Positions 1 to 12,985 of a DNA stretch of 64,000 bases are shown here, piece after piece; the first letter of the stretch is position 1; each line of letters opens with the position of its first letter. The stretch is from contig CATNEN010000034.1 in NCBI GenBank assembly GCA_950097015.1, forward strand, positions 1,984,001-2,048,000, in the 5' to 3' direction. The stretch comes from Macrostomum hystrix. Lineage: Eukaryota; Animalia; Platyhelminthes. The position numbers and the translations under genes were made by a program. The notes beneath the pieces are model-generated. The model had not been told where the DNA came from. It worked only from the letters and a program-made list of their open reading frames with translations, and ran no database searches.

Positions 1-1811
1 TTGCTCCCATCTATCCATTTATATTTTCCTTCCCAAATAAGTGGATCCTAACAACTTAACAGGATCCTCATCCTGACAACTTAAATCTCAGGAAATCTCT
101 ATAAATTGATAGGCTCAATAAATTGAACTGTCAATCAGGAAAAAAATAGAGTGGCACCAAAGACATTATTAGGCCTACAATGTGCTAGGCCTAGTAGCTT
201 TAAAAAAGACCATCCACTGTGATATGCATAGCTGGGTACTTAGCCTTGCAGTTGGCCTAAAATGTCTGGGCTTAGTTGTCTATTTCTTAGACTTAGGCAT
301 TCTTACACACCAATGTGCCTTCAATTGTACTTGTCTAGACCAGCGCCACTGGTAAATAAGGGTTGTACTTTAGCAACTGTTGTAAAATAGTAAAAGCTGG
401 AAACTGCAGGATAGATGCAAACTATAAATAAATAGGATTATCTATTTTAGCTAGACAACTATATATTGTTATTAATACAAAAAACAATATAGAAATTTTT
501 TATTTATTTTATAATACATAGGCCTATTAATAAATATATATATATTACAATGCAACAATTGAGCCTAAGTTGAGGGATTGCACTGTTTTCACTGATGATT
601 AATTAAGTGTTGGTTTGTAACTTTAAAAAAAATATTAAATATTAAGGAATAGCTTATGAAGGAGGAGTCTTAATTAGGTGAATTGCTAAATTGGAATATA
701 CTGTAGGCCAAGTCAGCCGTAAAAAGAGCCATATGAAATAGTGTCAATTTGAAGAGTTTGTAAATTAAGCAATATTAATAGCTTTGCATTGCTTTCCTTC
801 TTTGCTTACTTTCCTGTTTGTTTTTAATGTCAAAAAAATAAAAATAAAATTGAAAATAAATAAAACACAAAATTATTGCGATAACGAATAATAACATAGG
901 TTTTAAAATGCGCCTTGTGTTAAACTCATATTTAACCGTTTGTCTGTTTTGCTCTGACAAAGTACTGAATTTACTGCCACTTGATTCCACCGCTTTTTTA
1001 AACACATTTCTAACAGCCAAAAACTGTATAAATTCTATGGCGCAAGTTAATTTAGAGATGCGCCTGAATATCTAAGCGCAGATTTTAGTTTTGTTCTGCC
1101 ACTTTTTGACGTGAATCGACTTTTTTAAAAGATTAGCGTCAGAGAATAGTTTATCTAATACAGAAAAAAAGCCTCTAGTGCAAAAAATTAGAAAAAAATA
1201 TTTGCAAGTAACGTATCTTTGGATTATTCAACAATTCAAAGTACTTTTAGAGCAAAATACCTTATTTGTTATCTCACTCACACTTCGGTTCGGAAGTCGG
1301 AATCGGGAAATTTGCAAGATGTGCATGATTACTAATTTCATAAGAATGACAAGGAGACGCCATGACGCATCAGTCGTCCTTGTACAAATAATCAGGTTTT
1401 TGATATATCCTTGTTACCCTTTTTACCCGAAAATATCCATCATCTGCATGCATTCTCCATTCGATTAGGGCACATGCAGATGCAGAAAGTCGAAAGCAAT
1501 AAAAAATTGTCACTAAATCTGTTCAGCTTCTGTACAGTTACCACTGGCTTTATTTATTTATTTGGTTTGGGGTTACATGCTGCAACTGCATCAAGGGCCA
1601 CTATAGAATCCTACTATTGTAGTCCTGCACTTTGCAGTGCAGGCGCACTCTGCCCTCCTTGACGTATGACTACCCCGCCCAATGACTAAACCTATAGAGT
1701 CCTAGCTACTATTGTAGTCCTGCACTTTGCAGTGCAGGCGCACTCTTCCCTCCTTGACGTTATGACTACCCCGCCACTGGGTGCAAACCTCTCCCTCCGC
1801 ATCGTTTTGTG

Positions 1812-2150
1812 TGTTACGTAAGCCTTTGTTTAATAACTTGTTTTGCTGTGCACGGACTGGCTGGCTGGCTGGCTGGCTGGCTCTATAGTCGTGGCACTAT
1901 AAATCCGCGACTCAGGTGGCTGGGTAGCCGTCCTACTCCTGCTCCGCTTCACATTCTCTTGAACACGCCTCCGGACAACTGGGACCCGTGAAGCAGTTGG
2001 TTATTGTGATAATTCAATCTTTATAATTGCCTTAAATACCAAATAAAAAGGCCAGCTGCAGACCGACCAGTCAATGAAGCCATTGCATGTCTGCACGTCT
2101 TGCTTGACGTGCTTGCTTGTCTTGTCTTGCTTGATTCGGTTGCCATAACG
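1812..2150 (+). mobile_element. Possible solo/partial LTR
   Basis: Begins TGTTACG, ends CATAACG (imperfect inverted termini); TATAAA at ~1898, AATAAA at ~2042; no TSD or PBS found. Confidence 0.25.
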
Positions 2151-2416
2151 GGGCAGATAGTCCGTGAGTCCTGACGCCGATTATTGGGGAGCTAGACCAG
2201 GGAACAGATATATATAGGGTTTCTCTGTATACTGTACTCACACGGTATTCCTACGCCAGCCTGTGCGTCCCGACGCCGTGCTGAAGGCGGCTGACCGTTC
2301 TGCAGCGTCACCACGCGGGGATCAGTCGCTGTGGTTCGTCCTGACGCCTTATTTGGGACCACTGTGAGCTCTGGCGTTACTGACACAGGCCAGCAGGGAC
2401 CCGTGTGCTATTAACA

Positions 2417-2572
2417 GATACCGTATATCTGTATATCTGCATATCTGTATATCTGCATATCTGTATATCTGCATATCTGTATATCTGCATATCTGTATAT
2501 CTGCATATCTGTATCTCTGCATATCTGTATATCTGCATATCTGTATATCTGTATATCAGTATATCTGTACCT
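2417..2572. repeat. 8-nt tandem repeat ATATCTG(C/T)
   Basis: Direct reading; mostly alternating C/T variants give a 16-nt period. Confidence 0.95.
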
Positions 2573-3427
2573 ACACTCCACCCGGGGATCCAGAGATACA
2601 ACACTACTATACAGTGGTCCTAATTGTGTACATCCCGCGTGTTGATGTGTCCATGAAACTCTAAACCTAAGGTACGTGTGCAGATAAACTAATTTTCCCA
2701 TTTCCTTAAGCCTGCCATGCAGTATATTTTAGCAGTATATATATTATTTTATATAATAATTGTAAGGGATGTATTAGTGTGAGGCTTAGCAGAAAGGGGC
2801 GAGTGGGTCAGCGGCTAGCGTCGCTGCCTCGCACTCTAAAGGACGCTAGTTCGATTCACCCTTCAAGTCACGATTAATTTCGGGACTTGTTGGGGGGTTT
2901 GGACATTAGCGACCGGCGGAGGTGCACCATATTTCGTGCAATCAAAGCTTGAAATAATAGCTTCGCTCCTACCTTCTGTGTGCCTGTTCTGCGTTGTGTG
3001 AGTTGTGTGCGTTGGCGCTGGGGCGTGAGACCTTGCGGGGGGTGGCTGGGGGGGCGGGTGTACACCGCCGCGCGCTTTCTAGACTTCCGTCAGCGCGATT
3101 GGATAAGTGTACACTCATCACCCGGCCCCCCCTGAGGACTGATTTCTTATCAGCCTTCCGCCCCGGCTTGGTCTGCTATGTGCGTGTGGGGCTGGGGTGG
3201 GGGGGCACTGCTGTCTATTCTGGGTGCCTCCTGCCCTCCCGGCTGGTCTGTGCTGCTGGTGTGGTGCCTGCTCAGGGGAGGCGGCGCGATGGGCGCAAAA
3301 GCGCCTGGTTCGCCGGTCTGGGGGCGTGCCGCTCCGTCGCTTGTGCGACAAGTGCCCCGGGCCCCCCTGCAAATAGATAGAGAGAGAGGCTTAGCAGGCT
3401 AGAATCACTTGATGGGTGTCCTATCAA

Positions 3428-4388
3428 TTGGAATCAGGAATTTCGGCAAATCACGAATTTCGTCAAATCACGAATTTCGGCAAATCAGGAATTTCGGCAA
3501 ATCAGGAATTTCGGCAAATCACGAATTTCGGCAAATCAGGAATTTCGTCAAATCACGAATTTCGTCAAATCACGAATTTCGGCAAATCACGAATTTCGTC
3601 AAATCACGAATTTCGGCAAATCACGAATTTCGGCAAATCAGGAATTTCGGCAAATCACGAATTTCGGCAAATCAGGAATTTCGGCAAATCACGAATTTCG
3701 GCAAATCAGGAATTTCGGCAAATCACGAATTTCGGCAAATCAGGAATTTCGGCAAATCAGGAATTTCGGCAAATCAGGAATTTCGGCAAATCAGGAATTT
3801 CGGCAAATCAGGAATTTCGGCAAATCAGGAATTTCGGCAAATCAGGAATTTCGGCAAATCACGAATTTCGGCAAATCACGAATTTCGTCAAATCACGAAT
3901 TTCGGCAAATCACGAATTTCGTCAAATCACGAATTTCGGCAAATCACGAATTTCGGCAAATCACGAATTTCGGCAAATCACGAATTTCGGCAAATCAGGA
4001 ATTTCGGCAAATCACGAATTTCGGCAAATCAGGAATTTCGGCAAATCACGAATTTCGGCAAATCAGGAATTTCGGCAAATCACGAATTTCGGCAAATCAG
4101 GAATTTCGGCAAATCACGAATTTCGGCAAATCAGGAATTTCGGCAAATCACGAATTTCGGCAAATCAGGAATTTCGGCAAATCACGAATTTCGGCAAATC
4201 ACGAATTTCGGCAAATCACGAATTTCGGCAAATCACGAATTTTGGCAAATCAGGAATTTCGGCAAATCACGAATTTCGGCAAATCAGGAATTTCGGCAAA
4301 TCAGGAATTTCGGTAAATCAGGAATTTCGGCAAATCAGGAATTTCGGCAAATCACGAATTTCGGCAAATCACGAATTTCGGCAAATCA
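3428..4388. repeat. 17-nt minisatellite AAATCA(G/C)GAATTTCG(G/T)C, ~56 copies
   Basis: Direct reading; explains ORFs 3409-4395 and 3416-4420. Confidence 0.97.
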
Positions 4389-4789
4389 GGGATAAGCCTT
4401 TAAAAATAAAACCAGCGTGATGGTCTGGTACGGGGTGTACTCTGTGGCACCTGCATGCTTGTCCAGGCACCTCTGGCTTAAAGGCTCTGAGGGTTAAAGG
4501 GCCTTTACAGGGTAGGCGGACAGTTCGCAGCAACGCGTACCTGAGTGGATCAGGTGCCTCTGCCTATACTATAATACGAATCTGAGCAATGGCGTTGCCT
4601 GGATTTTTCTTTATGAGGGGCGCGCCACTATACTACCAGAGGCACCAAGTTAGTGTCAAAAGTATCAAGCTATCAAGCTATCAAAGCTTAGGACCAACAA
4701 TAGATCAGATTTTTTGACTCGAGGGGCACATCACGTCCCATTGGACATGTTCAGAGAACATGGTGCTTGAGATGCTAAACGAATGACTA

Positions 4790-5140
4790 GCCTGCGCTTA
4801 CGCTCAGATTTAGCCATGCAAATGAGCCATATAGTAGAAGAAATCGACACGAGGAGCTTGTCTTTGGATGTGTGCATCTGCCACTCCAACCTCTAACTGG
4901 CTGTCTTGCATTGGCATTGATCGCCATCGCTGAGAGAGGCACCATCACCAGCGCCAGACGCAAGGTCAGAGTCAAAGAGACACAGCGCTCTAGCGCTGAA
5001 CCGCGTCTTGAAGGTGTTGAAGAGACAAATTGGTGAGATTCTGGCGATAGAGCTGTTTTGCCCGTGACAATAATATCGTCTAGGAAGACGAGCATCGACT
5101 CCAGGTCACCTAGCAGCGAGTCGAGAGCGCATGCGAAAGT
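4790..5140 (-). mobile_element. Ty3/Gypsy pol (reverse transcriptase) relic
   Basis: ALDSLLGDLESMLVFLDDIIVTGKT (YxDD region) followed by P-K-T..FL..YG.F..NLS resembling the RT thumb/RNase H linker; truncated and degenerate. Confidence 0.7.
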
Positions 5141-6504
5141 CCATCTGGTACAGGTCACAGACCAGTATGAAATGTCTATGGAGTGTATCAAAAAAGTTTT
5201 TTTTTCATCTGTATCGAACACATTGCGACCCGGTGAAAATATTTTGCTCCGTTTTTTCAGAGATTTTTGCACCTTCTTCATTCTCCTCCAATCTACCCTA
5301 TTTTTTACAAACTATTTTTTACAAAATCGGACCTTTCTGATCTGTCGTATTAATGTACTTTCTGAGAAAGCTTGTTTCTGTTCAAAGTTCGATATACAGA
5401 ATATATGTTCGCTATTGTTTTATTCGATATGCTTGATATAATATATTTAATTGTGTGGAGATAACAGGCAGGTAAAACAATTTATATTTGCATACGCATT
5501 TATATACGCCATGCATGTGTGTCACAATGTAACAATTACAGGAGTAGGATACTCCTACAGTGTAGTGGTGATTTGTGTTGGTCACTAGAGTTCACCGATT
5601 AAGGAAATGTTAAATAAAAAAACTCGATCTTCTTCAAGTTTATAAAGGGGATAGTAGATGTAAAAGCTACAAAAGGACAACAAGAGCTACCTTGCATATA
5701 TGCATAAAAACAGTAGGAATGCGTAAGAGAAATTTATACTCGTAGAAAACTTCCGGAGTTGCAGTATTCCAGAACTATGGATTCTGATAGTTTCCTGGAT
5801 GAATTTTCACTTCGTTAAGCCACATTAGAAATCTATAGGCAATTTTCATAACCAAGCTCTGCCACCTATAGAAAAGTTCTCATTTGCTCCAGGTCGCAGC
5901 CCTGCAGGCCGCAGGTCGGAAGTCGCGTGTCGCAGTTCCAGGAAATACCTAGAAGCTCATGATCGCGGCTGCTGCTGTGGAGACCATGCAGTGAGACCTG
6001 CATGGATTCTGACCGTGGCGCTCGAGACGCGTTAAATCCCAGCCAGGCATCCGGCGTCGAACACGTTCGACGAGAGCTCGCCATTCAAGAGCGCGCGACT
6101 TGACGCCCCCCCTTGGCGCGGATCGTGTTACTACTAGTATTATTATTGCCTTTTTTTCAAAGCTCTCACTTTTTCAGAATACTAGCATTCGATTTTTAAG
6201 CAACCAAGCTGACAATTCCTGTTTGAATGAGAAAGCACAAGAATAATATAGAATTGCGTTTAGACGTCACATCAACCAACCATCAACCAGCTGTAGCCAC
6301 AGGCCAACCCGAAGGTTCACACAACATATATATAACGGAGGTTATTTACAAAGAAGCGAAACTATTTAATTCAGCGGCGTGTTTACGGGTCAGAGAGGCG
6401 TGTGGACCTTCGGTCGCCAGGTGAACGGCTCATGCTACAGTAACAGTACAGTTATAAAAGCTATTTTCAGTAATAGCAGCACTTGCACGATTAGGAATGC
6501 AGAT

Positions 6505-9500
6505 TCACCAAGCATTCCGGCCTCCTGTTGGCTTCTTGGCCGCCGGCTTTGCCTGCGCAGTAGCCTTCTTCTGCCAAGCCTTGCCAATCGAACCAGGCAA
6601 GCTGGTCGAGGCTGTTGAGACACTATTCGAGTCTTCTGTCGCGTGCTGCTTCTGTTGTGTCTCTTGTTCCCGTTTGGCTGTCTGAGGGGCCATCTTGCTC
6701 ACGATTGCCTTGATGACAGTGTCGCGCCGTTTCGAGAAGCGCATCTTCCACTCCAGGCGCTCCACATAGCCCTGCCTTGCTGAGCGCAGTTCCGAGAACA
6801 ACACGAATATCAACTCGAATAGTTCGCACACAGTGAGCAGAGACATGCCAAGGTATAATCCGAGAATGCCACCAATGTCTGAGAACAGGTCAAAAAATCG
6901 GTAGGACTCGACTTCTTGCACGACTGTGCTAAAAGCTTTGTAGGCGCCCAGAGTCACCTGGGCAAAGTTGGTGGCGAAATCGCGCTGCACTTTGTCTTCT
7001 GTTGTCACATTGCGCAGGAAGTAATAGAATGTGTCAGGCACGCTGTAGTTTGCCAGCTCCAACTGCCTGACATGATAGCTGAGAATTGTGTCCTTGCAGT
7101 ACACCGCTAGACTGTTTAACGGCCAAGAGGCCATCGACACAATCGGTGTGTAGATTCGCTCCCGACAGTTCGGCAGGCACTGCTCCATCGAGTTGAACAG
7201 GGTACTCTCGCGCAGGATGTAATCGTGCTCACATTGAGTTCTCTGCGCGAACTCCGTGGCGTTGGTAGCTGCGGTGAGGTAGTGACACAGAGTGGCGTTG
7301 ATGTTCTCAGTGACGCTATGAAATGGAGGCGCGATTCGACTGCAGAGACAGCCGCACTCGAGCAGGATGGAGTCCAACAGGGCTCGGTACTGGCAGTCCT
7401 CTCTGTTCTTCACAAACTGGATTCTGTTCCGGTCGGCATCCTCGTAGTAAACTGATCGATTCTCCGAGACGCATTGCTTGGCGTTGCGGCTGACGTATCT
7501 GAAGTGCAGCACGTGAGAAGTGAGCGAAGTGTATAGAGTACTCAGTCTATGGACTTGGAGGACGCCACACCCACCCCAGCTGATGCTGGCACCCATTTAA
7601 CAGGTTGTGACTGTGACCAGGCTGTGATCTCGAACCCCCACGATCGAGGTTGTCACTCGTTTGTGAAGCATTTTTATACATGCTTATTTAGATTCATAGC
7701 TACATTTTAGTCACGCTTCAACGACGATTGCCTGCGCACAACTGACTGCGGCGACAACTGCAAAGCATAGCAGACAATTGTCTCCGTTGTCTGTTATCGT
7801 GCAGGTAATTTTCGTGCTACCACTAAAATCTCTCCATTTTCGTTTTCTTTTTTTCACTTCAGTTGTCAATTGTCAAACAGCGCATTTACGATCGATTTAA
7901 TGTTATGGAAACGGTTAATAAATGTATCCATGGCAACCAAATACTAAATCCCGAATCCAGATGGATCTGAAAGCAAAAATTTTGCTCAATTGCCTTTGAG
8001 AAACCTGAAACCCATTGCTCTCAAAATAAGATGGGGCACTTTACCGCGACTAAATTTAAATTAAAATGTATGCATGCAATGTGAATGAGCATAGCATGGC
8101 AAAACTGACTTTGCTACATGTTGATGGGTGTGTCCATTTTGTACTTTTACGTAAAAGTAGAGCTTTGGGCGTCGATCAATTTTTCGTCTGGTATCTCCTG
8201 TCGTTTCGCTTTCTAAGCTTGCGAAGACCCTGCGCTTGCGCATTTAACGACTGTCGCTTTTTTCTTCATTAAATTATAGACCCAGGTGTAATTGCCAATT
8301 AGTGCAATCGTGGTTTTTAAGTGGCAAAAACCGACAGTGAGTATTTCCTGTACGGTAAACAATTGCAATTAGAATACATTAGCACTCTAACTGCATGATA
8401 GGAGTACTATGGAATGCCGATTTAAACTCATTAAAAGGCCTTTCAAAAAGGCCTGAAACTGGACAATTCAGCGCGGAACAGTTTAGGTTTCCAGTCCACA
8501 GATCGATTCAGGCCAGCTGCTCTTGCTAGGTGTCAGTCACTAGCTCCCTAATTGCAGCTTGGGGCCACTGGTGCATCCAGTGTGAATTACCCAGCTGGCT
8601 TTCTGGTTCTCAGAGGCTGTGACGAAACCGTGAAGCCTATGAAAATCAGGGACTATTAGAAGATGAAGCATTACAAATTCATGATAAGCACTTGTTATAA
8701 CTTTTAGTTTGCTAGGAAAGAAGTCAGAGGAAGTACAGGACAAGAGTAGATACACGTTTGTTGACGTCGCTAAGGAGCAAATTTTCAAAACAGCAGCAAC
8801 GCCTTTCGAATCACCTGTGCTCGACCATTTCGAAGTTCACATAGGAGTGCACCCCTGGCGACAGGTTAATGAAGTCCCTCGGATAGTGGTTCTTGGCGCC
8901 GTAGAACAGGATAGCACCGCCGGACTTTGACACATCATAGTCCCCTTCGTAGGTGATTCCGGCCGTCAAACGTCCGAAGATGACGAGGCTCTTTGGATCG
9001 GTTATCACTGGGTTGCTGTCCGTGAACAGAACCTTTTAACAATAAAAATACCATGGGGGTAATTAAAATACCCCCATTTTTATATTTTCTATGTCTCCCA
9101 AAATATTCAGCCAATCGCCATGAAAATTCAGAGAACGGTTTAAAATTTTCCGCTCTATCCGATGACAAACATCAACATCGTTGAGATATTTCTCTCACAA
9201 CTTTTCTGCTCACAAAATTTCATCATGGAACCATATCCGCTCCGCAAACTACGAGTATAATATATAAAAAAGTCGCAGGGTCCTTTGTTCTCAGCATCCT
9301 AGTCACCAGGGTCCCCTTCATTACCGACAGGAGCATCGGCGGCGACCGTCGGGGCCTTCAACAAAGGCATCCGATCGGCATCTCAAAGACGACTGCGTTC
9401 CCAAAGCTGATATTAAAGAATCCTCTACTGCATGCGGTCTTCAATGAGTCCCAGGTGAACTAAGAACTAAGGTCCCTACGACAGATGGACTCAGATCATT

Positions 9501-10493
9501 GAAAAATATCGAGAGGCCTATACGGAGCAATGTTAGTTGTCCTTGTCAACACCCTTGTCAAGGGTTTCCATATGGTGGACTTAAATGACAATTGACATTA
9601 GGTTTGGGAGCTATCGTGAATTAGGCAGTTAGTATTTCATATAGCGTAGTCTCTTTTATGTTAAGGGTTAGTCGTCAGAGTCTCTAAAACTCAATCGGGA
9701 TAGAAATTATTCAACAATATTATGCTTGGTACATTTTTCCTACTCAGTTTTATTTTAATAAAAAACTAATATACTAGCACACACTGTCTGAAATTTTGTT
9801 CTCTTTGAAAAAATATGAATTTCACCCAGATCTTAACGCAACCGAGATATTTCAGTTAACAGAACTGAAACAGAAGAATGAGCGTACCAGCTCCAGGAGA
9901 AATTTCTCGATCAGCGCAGTCTGTCGCAGGACGCTCTCCCTGGGCATGAAACGAAAGCAGTTCCCATACTTGCTATCCCAGTAGTTCTGAAAGTCCAAAT
10001 ACGAACAGTTGAAGCCCTTGTACAGACACCTGACGATGAAGAGCTCGCGACGGTGACCCAGGTTCTTCAGCAGGAGTGTAGGGCCCACCATATCTTTGGC
10101 GATTTGCACAATCAGTTCATAGTCGTTTCCGAGGCCCTTCATGTAGGCCAAACCGGCGAATTTGCGGGACTCCGCGTATAACTGGGCGTAGAGCTGGGGA
10201 TCCTTCGCAACCATCTCGTAGTAGTTAGTTGACGAAATCGGACTAACTGAGCAGACTGTGATGTCCGGCACCTGAAACTGAACGGCTCCAGGGCTAATGC
10301 TGGTGGATATCGGCGTTGACACAAAGTTCAGGATGAGCTGCGCGATGTGGTAGCTGAACCCGGCCAGAGCCGAGAAGAGGAACAACATCCACATTAGTTT
10401 CAAGGGCAGAGAGCGTCGGGCATGGATTCGAGCGAAGCCGTGCGCCGTGGTTGAGGTAACAAAGTCAGAAATGGTGGGCACGCTTAGCTCCAT
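6505..10493 (-). CDS. DEG/ENaC (amiloride-sensitive Na channel family) subunit, 3 exons, ~605 aa
   Basis: Exons (minus) 10493-9888, 9032-8815, 7498-6505 with GT-AG borders sum to 1818 nt; junctions read KFLLEL|VLFTDSNP and VEHR|YVS. Motifs: pre-TM1 TTAHG, TM1, YGNCFRF, Cys-rich thumb (CLLECGC, CLPNC..Y), TM2 FSDIGGILGLYLGMSLLTVCE with GxS filter. Confidence 0.93.
7555..7660 (-). mobile_element. SINE family A fragment in ENaC intron 2
   Basis: gacgccacacccaccccagctgatgctggcacccatttaacag matches ~15581-15633 with a small deletion; adjacent B-box-like tcgaaccccc. Confidence 0.6.
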
Positions 10494-12985
10494 GCTGCGC
10501 CAGTGTGAGCGTCAGTGGTGCGACTCTGCGAGAAGCCGATATTTCAGATTCGGGGCGGTCTAAACGAAATTTTGTCGCGGCTATTGTCATAAGAAGACTT
10601 TTAGGAGGCCAATCATGTGATGCAGAAGAAATGCCCAATAAAACTAGCTCTAGTAGCAAATGGATAGAACGCCAGATGGTAAATAGATGCATCACAGGTC
10701 CACATCTAACTACTCACTATTTTTCCACCAATTTCGTCCATTGTGACCAATTTGAGGCGGCTGCAATTGTTATTTTCTAGTATATCTAATGGATTGTTTA
10801 GTTCTTTTGCATTGATTCGTTCAGTTTATATTTGAAAAGGTTTTTGGAGGCAAAAAGTAGCCTCGAATGTTAATTTTTTTTCGCAATTTTTATTGTAGGA
10901 TTTTTCTACCGGGATTTTTTGTACGGCGTGAATGTAGAGACCGGAATAGAATTGCCTATCTGTCCAGTGTAAAAGTGGGACAGGCAGTCAGCCTTTAAAC
11001 TACTGCCGTTCGGATACTGGGGAGTTTGGTGTGAAGAATATCTCCCGGGGTTCTACATTCAGAGCTCTATGGTAGAACACTATCCAAAGCCTCTGAAAAA
11101 AACTTTTCATAAAATGACTTTGAACGATTAAATCAATAGTACAAACTTCCACGCGTCACATACTAATAACTAACACTGCAGCTGGCTGAGGTGGCTCACA
11201 ATATGTCGATTTGGTACAACAACTGACAATCGCCATCTTATCAATACTTTTTATTCTTAAAAAATCGGCACTCAGAATTTTCACGAATCGAGATTCCTGC
11301 TTCATTCTGCATTGAAAGTCGTGGACTGCAATTCGATAACGAATGTATTACTAAAAACTATAAAACAAAGATACACAAAGAAATCTAAGATCTGTAGATC
11401 TTAGATCTGTAGATAAGGCGTCGACTAAATCGATCAATCTTACTGCAGGATGACTTATTCCTCGTCTTCAGCTCTCCATGTAATTATCTAAGAAAATTTT
11501 TATACAAAGCACAAAAAGCTATCTAATTCCTCGAAAATGGCTCACAAATAACTGAGTCTTACAGTTAAAGATGTTAAAAAGTTAAGCAGTTAAGCATATA
11601 GCTCGAAAGCGAAAAGAAGAATTTGTACTACTGCATTCAAACAAACTTCGTGTCGCTAGGACCATGCACCCTCGAGGAAAATTCAAGTTACTCTGCAAAG
11701 TCTGTCCTCGTATTGACTCTACAAGAAAAGTTTGCAAAGCATGGTTCAATAATTTAAACAATCGTGAAGTTATTCCGTGATTATTATATACTACTCGCAT
11801 ATAACAATTTTTAATACGAGCTAATATATCTTTGTGTTTGCTTATACAGGCAAAATCAAATCCCGTAAACCAGTCGAATTCTATGATTGTTTACTCAACG
11901 CTACATTTTCGTTTGGACAGTGATGGATCTTTACTTGAACAGTAAGCTGTACACAATGTATAACAAGTACTGGTGTGTATAAAAGTTTACCAAAAATAAT
12001 AAAGGATATAGTAGGAAATATAAAAATTGACAACGCATTCAAGAATGTGAATGCCCAATCTTCAGAGTTCCGACCCTCCAATAATATACTATACATTTAA
12101 TTCATGTCATTAAGGAATTAAACGCTCCAGAAAATGTGGTGCATACAATTACAACAGTTCGGATCTCTGACTACCATGCAAAGAGAGAATCTCGCGCGCA
12201 TAAATTCTGCTGCAAATCTCTTGCATTTCGAATTGTTGGAACGACCGATTGGTTAATGTCAATCACAGTGGCGTATCTAGGATTTTAAAATGGGGGGGGG
12301 GGATAAATTTGCTGTTTCAACTATCAGAGAAAATGAGTCGCATGCTGCTGCTAAAAAACTGAAATAACCTTTTGTAGTCCATTTGCACACAGCGATTTCG
12401 CTACCTTTTTAATTACTTTGTTATACATTTCGAGAGTCAGAGAGTCAGAGTCAGAGACTCAGAATCAGAGTCATCGGAGACGTCACCGTCATGACTCACG
12501 TCAGAGTCGAGGCGAGAGACGAGACGGCGCGACGCAGACGAGACGAGACAGAGATAGTTCAGATTCAGATTCAGAACATCATTGTGCCGAATAACGACAT
12601 TACGACTATGACATTCCGCCATAATGTTCCTCTTCGTCTTTTCGTGGGTTGGTGACATTCTTCGGTCGGCGAAATGGTCATAATGGTCGAAATACGCCAC
12701 TGGTCAATCAGCTAGCGCTTATCTACAGGATTTCTATTTCCGATTTAGCATAAAATTGATCTAGCAACCAAATTTCAAGAGGGAAAACAAACAATTTATA
12801 GGTGGAAATTTATTTTTTTTGCTTTTTTGATTAATAAACTTGATTATTTTATAAATATTTGCTATATCAAAGAAATGCGCACCCTTTTAAAATCACGGAA
12901 TTACACGAAAATAGTTCAATCTGGTTACTTAGTTGCAGAATCAGTTTTTGGTGTTTACTTTTTATCCTGAATTTAGACCCTAATC

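Noticed and set aside
1-1600. Short AT-rich ORFs
   Set aside because: Low-complexity AT-rich DNA, non-ATG starts, no motifs.
3428-4388. Heat-shock or NF-kB element arrays in the 17-mer and 18-mer repeats
   Set aside because: GAA-TTC spacing is one base short of nGAAnnTTCn and the kB consensus is incomplete.
3409-4420. Two 330-aa ORFs (NFGKSRISANHEFRQI repeats)
   Set aside because: A 17-nt unit with no plus-strand stop cycles through all frames; no splice or homology support.
7499-7596. N-terminal MGASISWGG.. of ORF 6505-7596 as a gene start
   Set aside because: It is intronic SINE-A sequence; the real exon begins at acceptor 7498.
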